Below are positions 53,156-64,000 of a stretch of DNA of 64,000 bases, one piece after another. The stretch is from NCBI GenBank assembly GCA_964016885.1, contig OZ024752.1:43152001-43216000 (forward strand). Reading direction: 5' to 3'. Within the stretch, counting starts at the first letter, position 1. Every line of letters starts with the position of its first letter. This stretch comes from Eledone cirrhosa (Eukaryota). Made by a program: the position numbers and the translations under genes. A model generated the notes under the pieces. That model saw only the letters and a list, made by a program, of their open reading frames with translations, made no database searches and was not told the DNA's origin.

Positions 53156-53957
53156 GTAAGTATAGACTGCTTCTGTTACCTACAAAAGGAAAAATACATA
53201 CAACATAAGTGCCCTCTTCCCTGCTAAATCAAGAGTTAGCCTTTGAGGGCTCCATGACGAGGTCCTTTTTCAAGCAATATATTTGCTTCCTGATACTAAC
53301 CCTCTTATTTACTTATGACACACGGGGATATTGTGTTGCTATTCTAGACACAGGAATAACTATATATACTATTATGTTTTGGACAATGTATTATATACTA
53401 GGGTATATACAATTTATACACCTTGTATATATATATTTATATCATAAACAATAGCCAACAAGTGTTTTAAAACTATTTTTCCTGCTATTGAAGGACCCCA
53501 TGGCAGGTTTCATGCTCATTAATAAGGTCCTTTTGAAAGCAGTGTTGTTTTACAACACGCAGAGATACAACCTTCCATGCTGGCATTACTCTATAGTTAC
53601 CATTATATTTTCATGGTAAAGGCTTTACCTCACATAATATAGAATCTATGAGATTTTGATATTATTAATTTTGAGAATAGTACCTTAACATCAGTATGAG
53701 CAACTTTGTATCAACCAGTTTGAACAGAAAGAAGTGAAAGAATTCTGGTCGGATAAAGCTTGTTTAAATGCTAAAGGGCTAACAGATAACTAAACCGTGC
53801 TCATATGTACTTTGGCATGGTTTCTACAGCTTGATGTCTTTCCTAATCAGAGCACCAAAATATTATAACAATATATTTTATTTGTTACTCTTGCTTTCTT
53901 ATTAACATATGTTTGAACCTTAAAATTATTTAATTATTATTTTTTATTTGTTCTTAG

Positions 53958-54070
53958 GTGTATAGATATTTGAGAATGTTTGATAAAGATGCTGGATTTA
54001 AGTTGATACCTTGTTATCGATATAAATGTGATGGTCAAGTTGGTGGCAAAATTTGTTCAACAAGAAAATG
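53958..54070 (+). CDS. KMT5B: Suv4-20/KMT5B coding exon 3 (VYRYLRMFDKDAGFKLIPCYRY...GGKICSTRKW)
   Basis: tag/gtgagt boundaries; start of the SET domain. Confidence 0.95.
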
Positions 54071-54802
54071 GTGAGTTGATTCTTCACAGCTTTTAAATAT
54101 ACAAATTGATATTTTGTTTACAGAAATGTCATTGAAATGTATAGTCTAGGCTGCTGTAAACTTTAAATATGGTTCTATTTAAGGTTTAACTGAACATTGC
54201 ATAGAAAATTGTATTCTCACAAAACACCTTGCCTAGGTTTGTGCCTTAGATAGGAAATTTCAAAGCGTAGATCTTTGATCTCGCAACACCTATGGAGGCT
54301 CTATAAAACTTTCGCTGGTTCTGCTACACTTCGGGCTGAGGAGTGCAAACTCTCCAAGTATCGGTTGCTCTTCGACAGGTTTGCTGTCGAACCTCTAGCA
54401 GTGGAGACTTCTAGTGTCCTTGACCCTAGGGCTACGTTCCTACTTAGCACCTATAAGCACTGAGCTGGCTAGCCGCAGGTGTAAGCCTTGCGAGATGGAA
54501 TGGCTCTTCGAGCTCATCTGCCTTACCATCCTCCAGGGAAACGCCTTCTCCATTGTGTCCGCCGGGGCCGTGGGGTGGCCAACACATGGAACCCCATTTG
54601 TTCTTAATACAGAGAGATGGGGGTGTTCGGACCTGCTGTGCAGCATCAGTTGTCTGCCTCAATGTGTTCTCTCACTCCCTCTTTAAAGTATATTTAGCTG
54701 TGTAATATATACATATGTTTACTGTTTCAAGTGTTTATATAAAGGATTCTAAATTGTTTTGAATTGATTATTGTTAAAGTAATTTTCTCTGTTTGATTGT
54801 AG

Positions 54803-54989
54803 GCGGAAACAAAACCGAGTCCCTATGTTGGTTGGTTGTATTGCTGAATTAACTAAACTTGAGGAAGAACAACTCTTGAAACCTGGTTTAAATGATTTTA
54901 GTGTTATGTTTTCTTGTCGGAAGAACTGTGCCCAGTTATGGTTGGGGCCTGCATCTTTTATTAACCACGATTGCAGACCTAATTGTAAG
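54803..54989 (+). CDS. KMT5B: Suv4-20/KMT5B coding exon 4 (LVGCIAEL...[33 protein letters not shown])
   Basis: SET-domain LWLGPA-FINHDC motif; AG/GT boundaries. Confidence 0.97.
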
Positions 54990-55119
54990 GTAACCTTGCT
55001 GTTTTTATCTCTTTTGTTTTGTTTTGTAGGTCAGTTGGCTTCCTATGAGGTTCCATCTTGGGATATTTTGGGGGTAGTTTAGTGGTAGGAGGCTTCAGTC
55101 CTATTATACACACACGCAC

Positions 55120-55286
55120 AGGGTCGGACGCCATGCTTTCCAGCATAGTTACGTCCCTTTATGATCTGAGTTCAAATCCCGCCGAGGTTGACTTTGCTGC
55201 CTTTCATCCTTACGGGGTCGATAAAATAAAGTACCAGTAATGCACTGGGTGATTGCTGGCCTTGTGCCTAAAGTAGAAACAATTAT
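55120..55286 (+). mobile_element. Second tRNA-derived SINE family (gagttcaaatcccgccgagg...tttcatccttacggggtcgataaaataaagtaccag)
   Basis: B-box plus conserved central domain; other copies near 3110-3190, 8419-8525, 20398-20590, 29194-29480, 29840-30010, 36790-36928, 61688-61783. Confidence 0.8.
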
Positions 55287-55992
55287 TACAATTGACACCT
55301 ATGTAGATTTAGCTGATCTCATAGCAGCTGTCTTGGATGATTTAATTCAGTCCTGTCACACACATATGTTGTTCCAGCTCATACTGATGTAGGTTTAGCT
55401 GACCTTTTGTGAAGTCACATCTTGGAGGTTTCTTGGGTGTGTTAACAAAAGGAGACTCAGTTGTGCATTATTTTAATCAGTTTGTCAACATTATCATTGT
55501 TTTACATCCATGTTCCAGACTGACGTGGGTTGGACAGGTTATCACATTCTGAAACTAGACAGTCAGATGACCATGTCGTGATCATGTGTTTTATTTTGGC
55601 ATTGTTTCTACAGCTGGATACCCTTTGTAATGCCAAGCACTTTAGAGAGTGTACTCTGTGGCTCCTTGTGTCCTTGTCCAGGCTGAGTAAGGCAGTGATT
55701 GGGATACATGCAACCCATACCATATAATAAAATGGCTGTAAAATCACCCATTTAAAATGTTCCTATTTAAATTAAAACCTTCCAATGTAATTTGATATAA
55801 AAACATTTTAGTAATGAAGTAATTACAGATTTTAATAAATCTCACCAAATTCTTCATTAATTAATTAAAATACAGTGTTATTTCATTAGAAATATAGTAG
55901 GGAAAGGGTTAAGTGAATAAGATTAAAATCTGTTTTTCTGAACATGTTGAAAAATTGTTTGGCTAAGATGAAGGTCCTGTTTCTGTCCACAG

Positions 55993-56129
55993 TTTGTGTC
56001 AACTGGTCGAGACACTGCCTGTGTTGAAGTACTCAGGGATATTGAATCTAATGAAGAAATCACCTGTTACTATGGAGAAGATTTCTTTGGTGATAAAAAC
56101 TGCCTATGTGAATGTGTAACATGCGAGAG
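55993..56129 (+). CDS. KMT5B: Suv4-20/KMT5B coding exon 5 ([10 protein letters not shown]...[26 protein letters not shown])
   Basis: End of SET domain and post-SET CxCxxC zinc ligands; AG/GT boundaries. Confidence 0.97.
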
Positions 56130-56548
56130 GTAAGTTAAAATCACTTTATTAGAAACACATTATTACCTCTAAGATTTCCAGTATTATCTTGAACATACAA
56201 TGCTGCAATGAAAAAATAAATTGTTCTATATTATTACATTCTGATGTACACAAATGGAAATATATATAATATGGTTTTATAAAGATATTTTCCATTTATT
56301 AATATTATTGATATTAATTATACTCCGGAAAATTTGTTGAGTGCTTCTGATTTGTTATAAATTAACTTTGTTGAATAATCAACAAAACAAATAACTCATT
56401 ATTTATATATATATATATTGTCAGCAGTGTTAATTCTATTTTCCAGGTGTTATTTGAGGGTATTTAACTGCTGTTCTAGTAGACTAAGCCACTACTATGT
56501 TATCTATATTCTCAAGTCATTGCCATAAATATAAATTTTATTTTCCAG

Positions 56549-56712
56549 GCGTAAAAAAGGTGCTTTTCAAGCAAAAGATCCTCCCGGGAGCCCAGAACTA
56601 GATCAAGGTTATAAATTTCGGGATACTAATGATCGCATTAATAGAATGAAAAATCAGGCAGTTCAATCAAAGATGTCAATTAGGGTGAATGATGCCTATA
56701 TATCTGGAAATG
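56549..56712 (+). CDS. KMT5B: Suv4-20/KMT5B coding exon 6 (RKKGAFQ...YKFRDTNDRINRMK...SGN)
   Basis: cag/gtaagt boundaries; GAF and YxxRxTxxRxNR conserved block after post-SET; phase 2-1. Confidence 0.92.
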
Positions 56713-57864
56713 GTAAGTATTCTAGTCTTTTCTGGTCTTTTGTGAGTGGAAAACTGTGCTCCCAGCTATCTTTCCTGCACATCTTTTATAACTAGGGTTG
56801 GTATAAGTTTTTTTTTTTGTGTTCTTCTGGCCTTCCTAAGGGAAAATAGTTGCTCTTTCCACCAAACTATCTTAGTGCAAGGAATTTGCAATTTAATCTT
56901 CGACATTTTCACTTTAATCTCCCTGCTTCTCTTCATGTCACGACCAAAAATAATCCAACATGTTGAAGTAACTAAATTATTTTTCTTCTTTTCACACGAT
57001 GCCGCCGGTGGGCTTGCCATTCTGGAGAGTTTATGTAAGAAGCCACCCCATTTGGAGCTGCAGCCTTTAAAGACAGATTAAACATTGCAAACATGTAATA
57101 TTCTCTTTAAATTTTCTATTATGGACTAGAGAAAAATCATTTCAAAAATTTATCATTTTACAATTTCAAAAGAAATATTTAATTTATTTATGCCAAAAAA
57201 AATAGTAGCTCTTCATTAAATTGACCTTTTTCACAAGCTGCTGAAGCGTCGAACGTTAGGGAAATATTTCAACAAACAAGAATTTCGATTTTAGTTTCTG
57301 GTTTCTAAATCTCCTTCAAGTCTATCAGAACCTCAGAATCTCACAAGTTTATCAGCAGAACCTTTAAGCAGAGCAATTTTTCCCATTAGGAACTTGAAAT
57401 ATTTCACACGCCTTCTTCCCTTCCTTGAGAATTTATGAGTGTTTTTCATTCTTACCCTTTCCCCTTATATATATATGTATATATATATGTATGTATGTAT
57501 GTATATTATATATTTATATATATATAATTTTTTCTTTAACACTATAAGTAACTGTTTTTTTCTCTCTTATTTACCAATCAATGTATTTTTTTAAGGCGAG
57601 GGGAGAATATACACCCGGCATTGTTTCATTTATAAAATGCCTAATTTCCACGTTTCAGCGGATTGTCAAACAGTTGTGAAATAGGCATCGATTTTCCTTT
57701 GATATTTTTTGGTGACAATGTTTTGTTTGTTTATTTAGAATGTGATGCCTCAGTGTTATATTTCAATTGATTTTGATTGCAGGACGCTTCTTTTTCTTGG
57801 TTTTCTTCACTTTTCCTCCAACCACATAACCTTTTTATTTGTTTTGATTCAATGTGAAAAATGT

Positions 57865-58060
57865 ACTGGTACATCTTTTTACCTGCCACAGTACCCCCAA
57901 CATGTACCAATACATCTTTTACCTGCCGCAGCTTGTGTACCCTCGGATACACAGGTATATCTTTTACCTGCCACAGCTTGTGTACCCCCAAACATGTACT
58001 GGTACATCTTTTACCTTCCACCCCTTGGATACACAGGTACATCTTTTACCTCTTGAGTAC
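57865..58060. repeat. About 35-44-bp degenerate minisatellite
   Basis: Recurring ggtacatcttttacctgccacag. Confidence 0.8.
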
Positions 58061-61000
58061 CCCAAGATAAACTGATATGTCTTTACCATGGCCAAGATGT
58101 AACTGGTATGTATTAGTGTAGTTTGTAAAGCATTGGCCTACACAAAGTAAATAAGACAAATTTGATCACAATATCTTTTATTTTATTTTTAATAATTCTT
58201 TTGCGAACTGCCAGAGTTACAGTATAATCCTTGTCTGTGACAGTAAAATACCCCAAAACAACACTGGTACTGGTAATAGTTGAGTAAACTTATTTAATGT
58301 TAACAGCAATATTTATCTTCCATTTTACCAACAAATATAACGCTAATTCTTAATCCTATTTCAAGTTTCTACAAAGAGTTACTATTTAAGAACCATATGT
58401 TAATTTACTATCTTAGTAACGAAATAATAATTTTAGTAAATCCCACAAAATTCATTAATTTAGAAACTATTTTGTTTTAAAAAATACAGTTACGAAAGGA
58501 CTAAGAATTGTGTGGCTATTGTTTTAAATTGAGGCAAAGTTGGTCAACTCCTATATTTAATATTGACTATACCAGTTGTAACTCACAGTGATATGGTTGT
58601 AGCTTCTGTTCCAAGTTCACTCTGCTGAAAATTAGGATAGGCTATGTATTGGTATCTCATCTGGGGGAGGACCCTTAGTCTCTTAACACTACATGAAACC
58701 AAGATGATCCTCAGGCGTTGTCCAACCCATGTAAGCCTCGAAAAGAGTTGTAAAACAATGACTCTTAAATATATTATAATCCTAAACATTGCTCCTGTGT
58801 CCTCTTCATTATATATTTTTGTAAATTGCTGTCCTTCTTGTGTTATTCATAAAATATATCTTTGCTTCTGTATTCCTATTGTCTTGTGACTTTATTGCTT
58901 GCTGCCTCTCTTTAATTAATCAAGCTTCTAATCTTTATGATTTTTTTTTCTTCTCAAAATAACAATTATGAACTTTTTGTCATGTTTTTAACCCTCTCTT
59001 TACATAATTTTTTCCACCTCAACTGATCAAATCATTATGTTGTACTATATGTAGTTGGTAATAAAATATTAGTTATTTACTATGAGGTGCAGGCATGGCT
59101 ATCTGGTTAGGAAGTTTGTTTTGCAACCACATGGTCTTACATTCTATTTCACTTTGTAACCCTTTCTACTGTAGCCTTGTACCGACTTGAACTTGGTAGA
59201 TGGAAACTGTAGAAGCATATCATGTGTGTATGTCTCCACATTCAGTATCAGCAGTGGTTAGATGTGTGAAGGTCTGTAAAAAAAGGGTAATGGACTCTTA
59301 ACTCTTGATGGAGCTGGAGTAGGGCAACGTCCTGACAGCATGTCTTGCACATTTTAAACCTAGCAGAGCCCATCCCTCTCCAGATCAGAACTTAGCCAGT
59401 TTCTTCCAGAGAGAGAGGAAGAATCAACTCCCAGTACTGGACGGCTACTTAATTTATTGACCTTGAAAGAATTTAAAAGCAAAGTTGACCTTGGCAGGAT
59501 TTGAACTGAGGCATTTTTAATCTGACATCTTAATGGCTCTGTCAATTTACAGCCATCTGCAAAGATCTGTACCATACTTTTAAAAAATGAGGTTTGGTGT
59601 CAGGAAGAGCTTCTGGATGAAAAAGTGTCGTCTAGCCTCTGCCATTGTGGAAAGATAAAGAAAGCTGATAATGATGTCAATGGCCTATATACCATATTTT
59701 CTTGTTTATAAAATGAGAAATTTTGAACTAAAATTAAGGGCAAAAAGGGAAGTCCTATTAAACACAAATACACATTTTTAGAAATGTTTACTGAACTTAA
59801 AAAACTCATTTCAAATTGCAGATTGTAAATACATATTCATAACAACTGTTTACAGTGGTGTTTGATATATTGACAATATTTGGTATTTTGGAATCAGTAT
59901 AATTGAATGTCATTTGTCTCAAAGACTGGAAACTGATAAAATAAATTAAGGAACCACATCTGTCATATTTTGATATTGTTACAACTGCAACCTAACTATT
60001 GTTAAAATATATTATTTTACCTGCTTGAATGAGAAATTGAATATTATGGTGAAATATATGTGCGAGATCAAGATTTTGATGGTATAAGTATACAGAAAAA
60101 TTACATAGACATGGATGTATTCTGGGGTCATATCATAAGGAAACAAGGTTTCTGTTGATGGTACCATCTGCCTGTTACAACTCCTATGCTGATCAGTCTT
60201 GGAATTGAAACCCAAACCATATGATCATGAGTCCAGTACTCTAACCACAAGGCCACATGCCTTCACTAATTTGAATAATTAGTCAACTAAATACTAAAGA
60301 AACAACTTCCTTACTTTAGAATATAAGACAGTATTTAAACCGGCCAGAATTTTCTCACCTCTTTCTGTTCAAACCAGACATAACTGGCTGCTCATACTGA
60401 TTTTAAGGTATTGTTCTCAAAATAAATAATATCAAAATCTCGTAGATTCGATATTATGTAAGATGAAGCCTTTACCACAAAAATACAATAGTAAATATAG
60501 AGTAATATAAATGCTAAAGGGTTAATGTTTTAATTCCTTTAATAACAAACTGCCTAAAACCACACATGGTTCTATGATACAATCCAGCTTCTATAATCTT
60601 CGACAAAGGCAGGGGTGTATGTGGTCTTGATAAATGCTAACACGCGAGAAACAGACTGCCGATCACTCTCCCTTTGTTTTTGCCGAAAATAAGGGACATA
60701 GTCAATACTTTAAAACTCATAGCGAATGGTCTTCCAAATGTTTTTAATTAAACATACAATATATTGCCAAAATACTATACATACATTCATGTATACACCA
60801 CTATTTCAGAGCACCAATCCTAATACCTGTTTTATGATTTTATAAAACAACTTTTATAAACACTAGATAAATAATGAGAAAAGTTAGTTAAAAATACTAC
60901 TTCACACTAAATTATTGATTATTTTCGAAACTATTTAAAGATCCTAGACAATGTCTTTTATTAGAAATATGGAAATAAAAGGGTTAACAATGTCAATGTG

Positions 61001-61199
61001 TCTTTTGATAAGTTTTAATAGTTTTTTTATAACAAAATTGTTTTTAATTTTACAGAATTAACATTTTACAAGTTTCTCTCTACAGCTGCTCCATGTCGCA
61101 GATATTTTTAATTAATTAGGTTTTATATTGCTTTTCCTGATTCTCCTCATTAGAGTTAACGGTTTCATATATATAATAATGGGTAAATATTATATGTAT

Positions 61200-61541
61200 A
61201 ACACACAACAGACATTTTCTTTCACTGCTATTGTTCCAGCACTATCAGAAGTTAACCAAGATCAAACCAACACTGTAACTCTTCCCACCTAATATTAGCA
61301 ACAACACTGCTCCACCTTCATCTAAGCTAGGGGTAGCTGGTGGTGAGAGTTATAACAACACCAAACCAATGACACTGCTCCACCTTCATCTAAGCTAGGG
61401 GTAGCTGATGGTGAGAGTTATAACAACACCAACCTCACAAAAGGGGGCACCCTCAATTTACCCAAGGGAATTGTCGTCATGGTTGTGAAATGTCCCCAAC
61501 TGAAAGATGTGAAAAGTCTCTTGTTAGACCCCTCATCCCTT
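61200..61541 (+). pseudogene. Decayed intronic duplicate of part of Suv4-20 exon 7
   Basis: Aligns by eye to 63095-63381 with substitutions, a deletion of about 13 nt and an internal duplication of about 60 nt. Confidence 0.88.
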
Positions 61542-61554
61542 AATGATGATTAAA

Positions 61555-62635
61555 GCTATATAATGTATATATAACGGTGATGATGGGTATATAATATATG
61601 TATAACAATGATGGGTATATAATGTATGTATAACAATGATGGGTATATAATATATAGCATTGATTATGGGGATATATTTTATGTATAATTGTTTCTACTT
61701 TTGGCACAAGGCCAGCAAATACTCAGTGTATTACTGGTACTTTATTTTATCGACCCCGTAAGGATGAAAGGCAAAGTTAACCTCTATATTGGCCACTGGC
61801 GTCATAATGATGATGGTGGGTGTATAATGTATATATATAATAATAATGGGTGTATAATATATATATAATAATAATGGGTGTATAATGTATATATAATAAT
61901 AATGGGTGTATAATGTATATATAATAATGGGTGTATTATGTATATATATAATAGTGGGTGTATAATGTATATATATAATAATAATGGGTGTATAATGTAT
62001 ATATAATAATGGGTTTATAATGTATATATATAATAATGGGTGTATAATGTATATATAACAATAATGGTGGGTATATAATGTATATATAACAATAATGGTG
62101 GGTATATATTGTATATATAACAAAAATGATGAATAGGTAATGTATATTTAACAACAATGATGGGTGTATATTGTACGTAGAACATGGATGATGGGTATAT
62201 ATAACGTTGATTATGGATATATATATATATGATGGTGTGTGTATAAATATATATATGTATATATATACTAATGATGGGTATATAATGTATATATAACCAT
62301 GTTGATGGGTGTTATAATGAATGTATAATGATGATAATGAGATTTTGCGTATATAATGTATGTATAACTATGTTGATGGGTATATAATGTATATATAACC
62401 ATGTTGACAGGTATATAATGAATGTATAATGATGATCATGTGATTTTGTGTATATAATGTATGTATAACTATGTTGATGGGTGTTATAATGAATGTATAA
62501 TGATGATTAAAGCTATATAATGTATATATATAACGGTGATGATGGGTATAAAATGTATGTATAACCATGTTGATTGGTATATAATTTATGTATAACTATG
62601 TTAATGGGTGTATAATGTATGTTTAACATTGATTA
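61555..62635. repeat. Degenerate (a/g)atgggtgtataatgtatatataat minisatellite
   Basis: About 24-30-bp units up to the exon 7 acceptor; one SINE fragment inside. Confidence 0.85.
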
Positions 62636-62662
62636 TGTATGTCTGTTTTTGTTGTATTTTAG

Positions 62663-64000
62663 AAAACTGGGATTTCCGTTCAACTAACCTGAAAAAAAAT
62701 GGTCACCTATTGAAATCTGCCGAGTTAAAGAAACGAGGAATTACACGTTATGATGCTGAGATCCTCCTCTCTCAGGGAATTAATTTACCTGAACCTAAAG
62801 TGGTGTTGGAGCGACAGTTACCTGTCTCCATTAATGGCAGTCGGTCGGTTAATCTGAGTGAAGCTAAAAATAGTTTAGCTGTGGCCTCCATTATGCACAG
62901 AGAACAACGGAATGCGAGAAGGAAGCGTGCAAAACAGAGTCCTGTTAAGAATGGCTGCAATGAAGTTGGTACAGCTGCTGCATCTTCAGAAGAAATGAAA
63001 GCAGCTCCATCTGATGGTAGTGCACGTATTCCTGCAATCTCTATCGCTGATGAGGTTCCGGCTGAATTGTCTCTCACTTCCTCCTCCACCTCACAACACA
63101 CGCAACAGGCATTCTCTTCCACTGCTATTGTTCCAGCACTATCAGAAGCTAACCAAGACCAAACCAACACTGTAACTCTTCTGCCTTCACCTCTTCCACC
63201 TAATATTAGCAACAACACTGCTCCACCTTCATCTAAGCTAGGGGTAGCTGATGGTGAGAGTTGCAACAACACTAACCTCACAAAGGGGGACCCTCAACTT
63301 AGCCAAGAGAATTGTCGGCCTTGTTGTCAAAAGTCCCCGACTGAAAGACGTGAAAAGTCCCAGTTAGTCCCATCATCCCTTCCATTATCATCAACAGCAG
63401 CAGAAAGAAAACAGGACAGAAAGAAGGGCCAAACCCTGTCAGTGTTGGTTCTCAATGGAGAAGACAATAAACCTAAATTAGAATCAAAAACAGTTATAAA
63501 GTCGGGAAATATTTCACCATTAATTCCTGCTAAAAATCTCTGTCAGAAAGAGTTTTACCTCACACCTAAAGAACATCCCTCAAAACTAGAAACTACAGAA
63601 ATAATTTCAGGTCTGACTAATGGAGATACTGCTGAAAACCTGTGGGGACAATCTGATTGTTTAAGGAGCAATCAAGCCGTGACCATCAATGGTAAAACTG
63701 ATTGCTGGAAGTCCTTGACTGACAGTGAGATTGTCGCTTCCACTGACTCCATGGCCAAACTGCAGGTCAGTGATGTGTCAATGGATGGTAGGACACCAAT
63801 CTACAGCCAGGAAGACAAGAAACCTTTTATAAACAAAAGCAAAACTATTAATTGTCTGAAAAATACCACTTCTGTCAGGTCAAGTCCTCGACTCAGACAA
63901 AAACCATTTGATGAAAGTTCTCGTGATGGTCACAATTGTGAAACTAGTTCTAAGGTGAATGGAGGATTTCTGTCCAACCTAATAGAATCTTCTTCCTCCA
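62663..64000 (+). CDS. KMT5B: Suv4-20/KMT5B large coding exon 7 (ENWDFRS...KRGITRYDAEILL..., then Ser/Thr/Pro-rich tail), open to the window end
   Basis: T-rich tag acceptor; phase 1 matches exon 6; TRYDA motif; about 445 codons without a stop, so it is missing from the ORF track. Confidence 0.9.

Noticed and set aside
62772-63281. 169-aa minus-strand ORF
   Set aside because: Antisense shadow of Suv4-20 exon 7.

Overview
AT-rich, microsatellite-dense animal genomic DNA. The SINE/LINE repertoire suggests a coleoid cephalopod such as an octopus (inference). Three intron-containing genes were assembled by hand: SKP1 (+, 4 coding exons, 9001-12453, 162 aa); a convergent CYTH/class IV adenylate cyclase-like (CyaB-like) gene (-, 4 coding exons, 18690-14129, 174 aa); and a Suv4-20/KMT5B H4K20 methyltransferase (+, 7 coding exons from 49520, running off the window end). 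The rest is SINEs, RTE-type LINE fragments, piggyBac-, hAT- and Tc/mariner-type MITEs, a non-autonomous Helitron and several satellites. The most notable unexplained signal is a family of (TA)n-embedded fold-back elements carrying type I hammerhead ribozyme motifs. Four copies have an intact core, two copies differ by compensatory base-pair changes, and one pair forms a 127-bp inverted repeat with a ribozyme on each strand. All structures were read by eye; no folding or database search was run.
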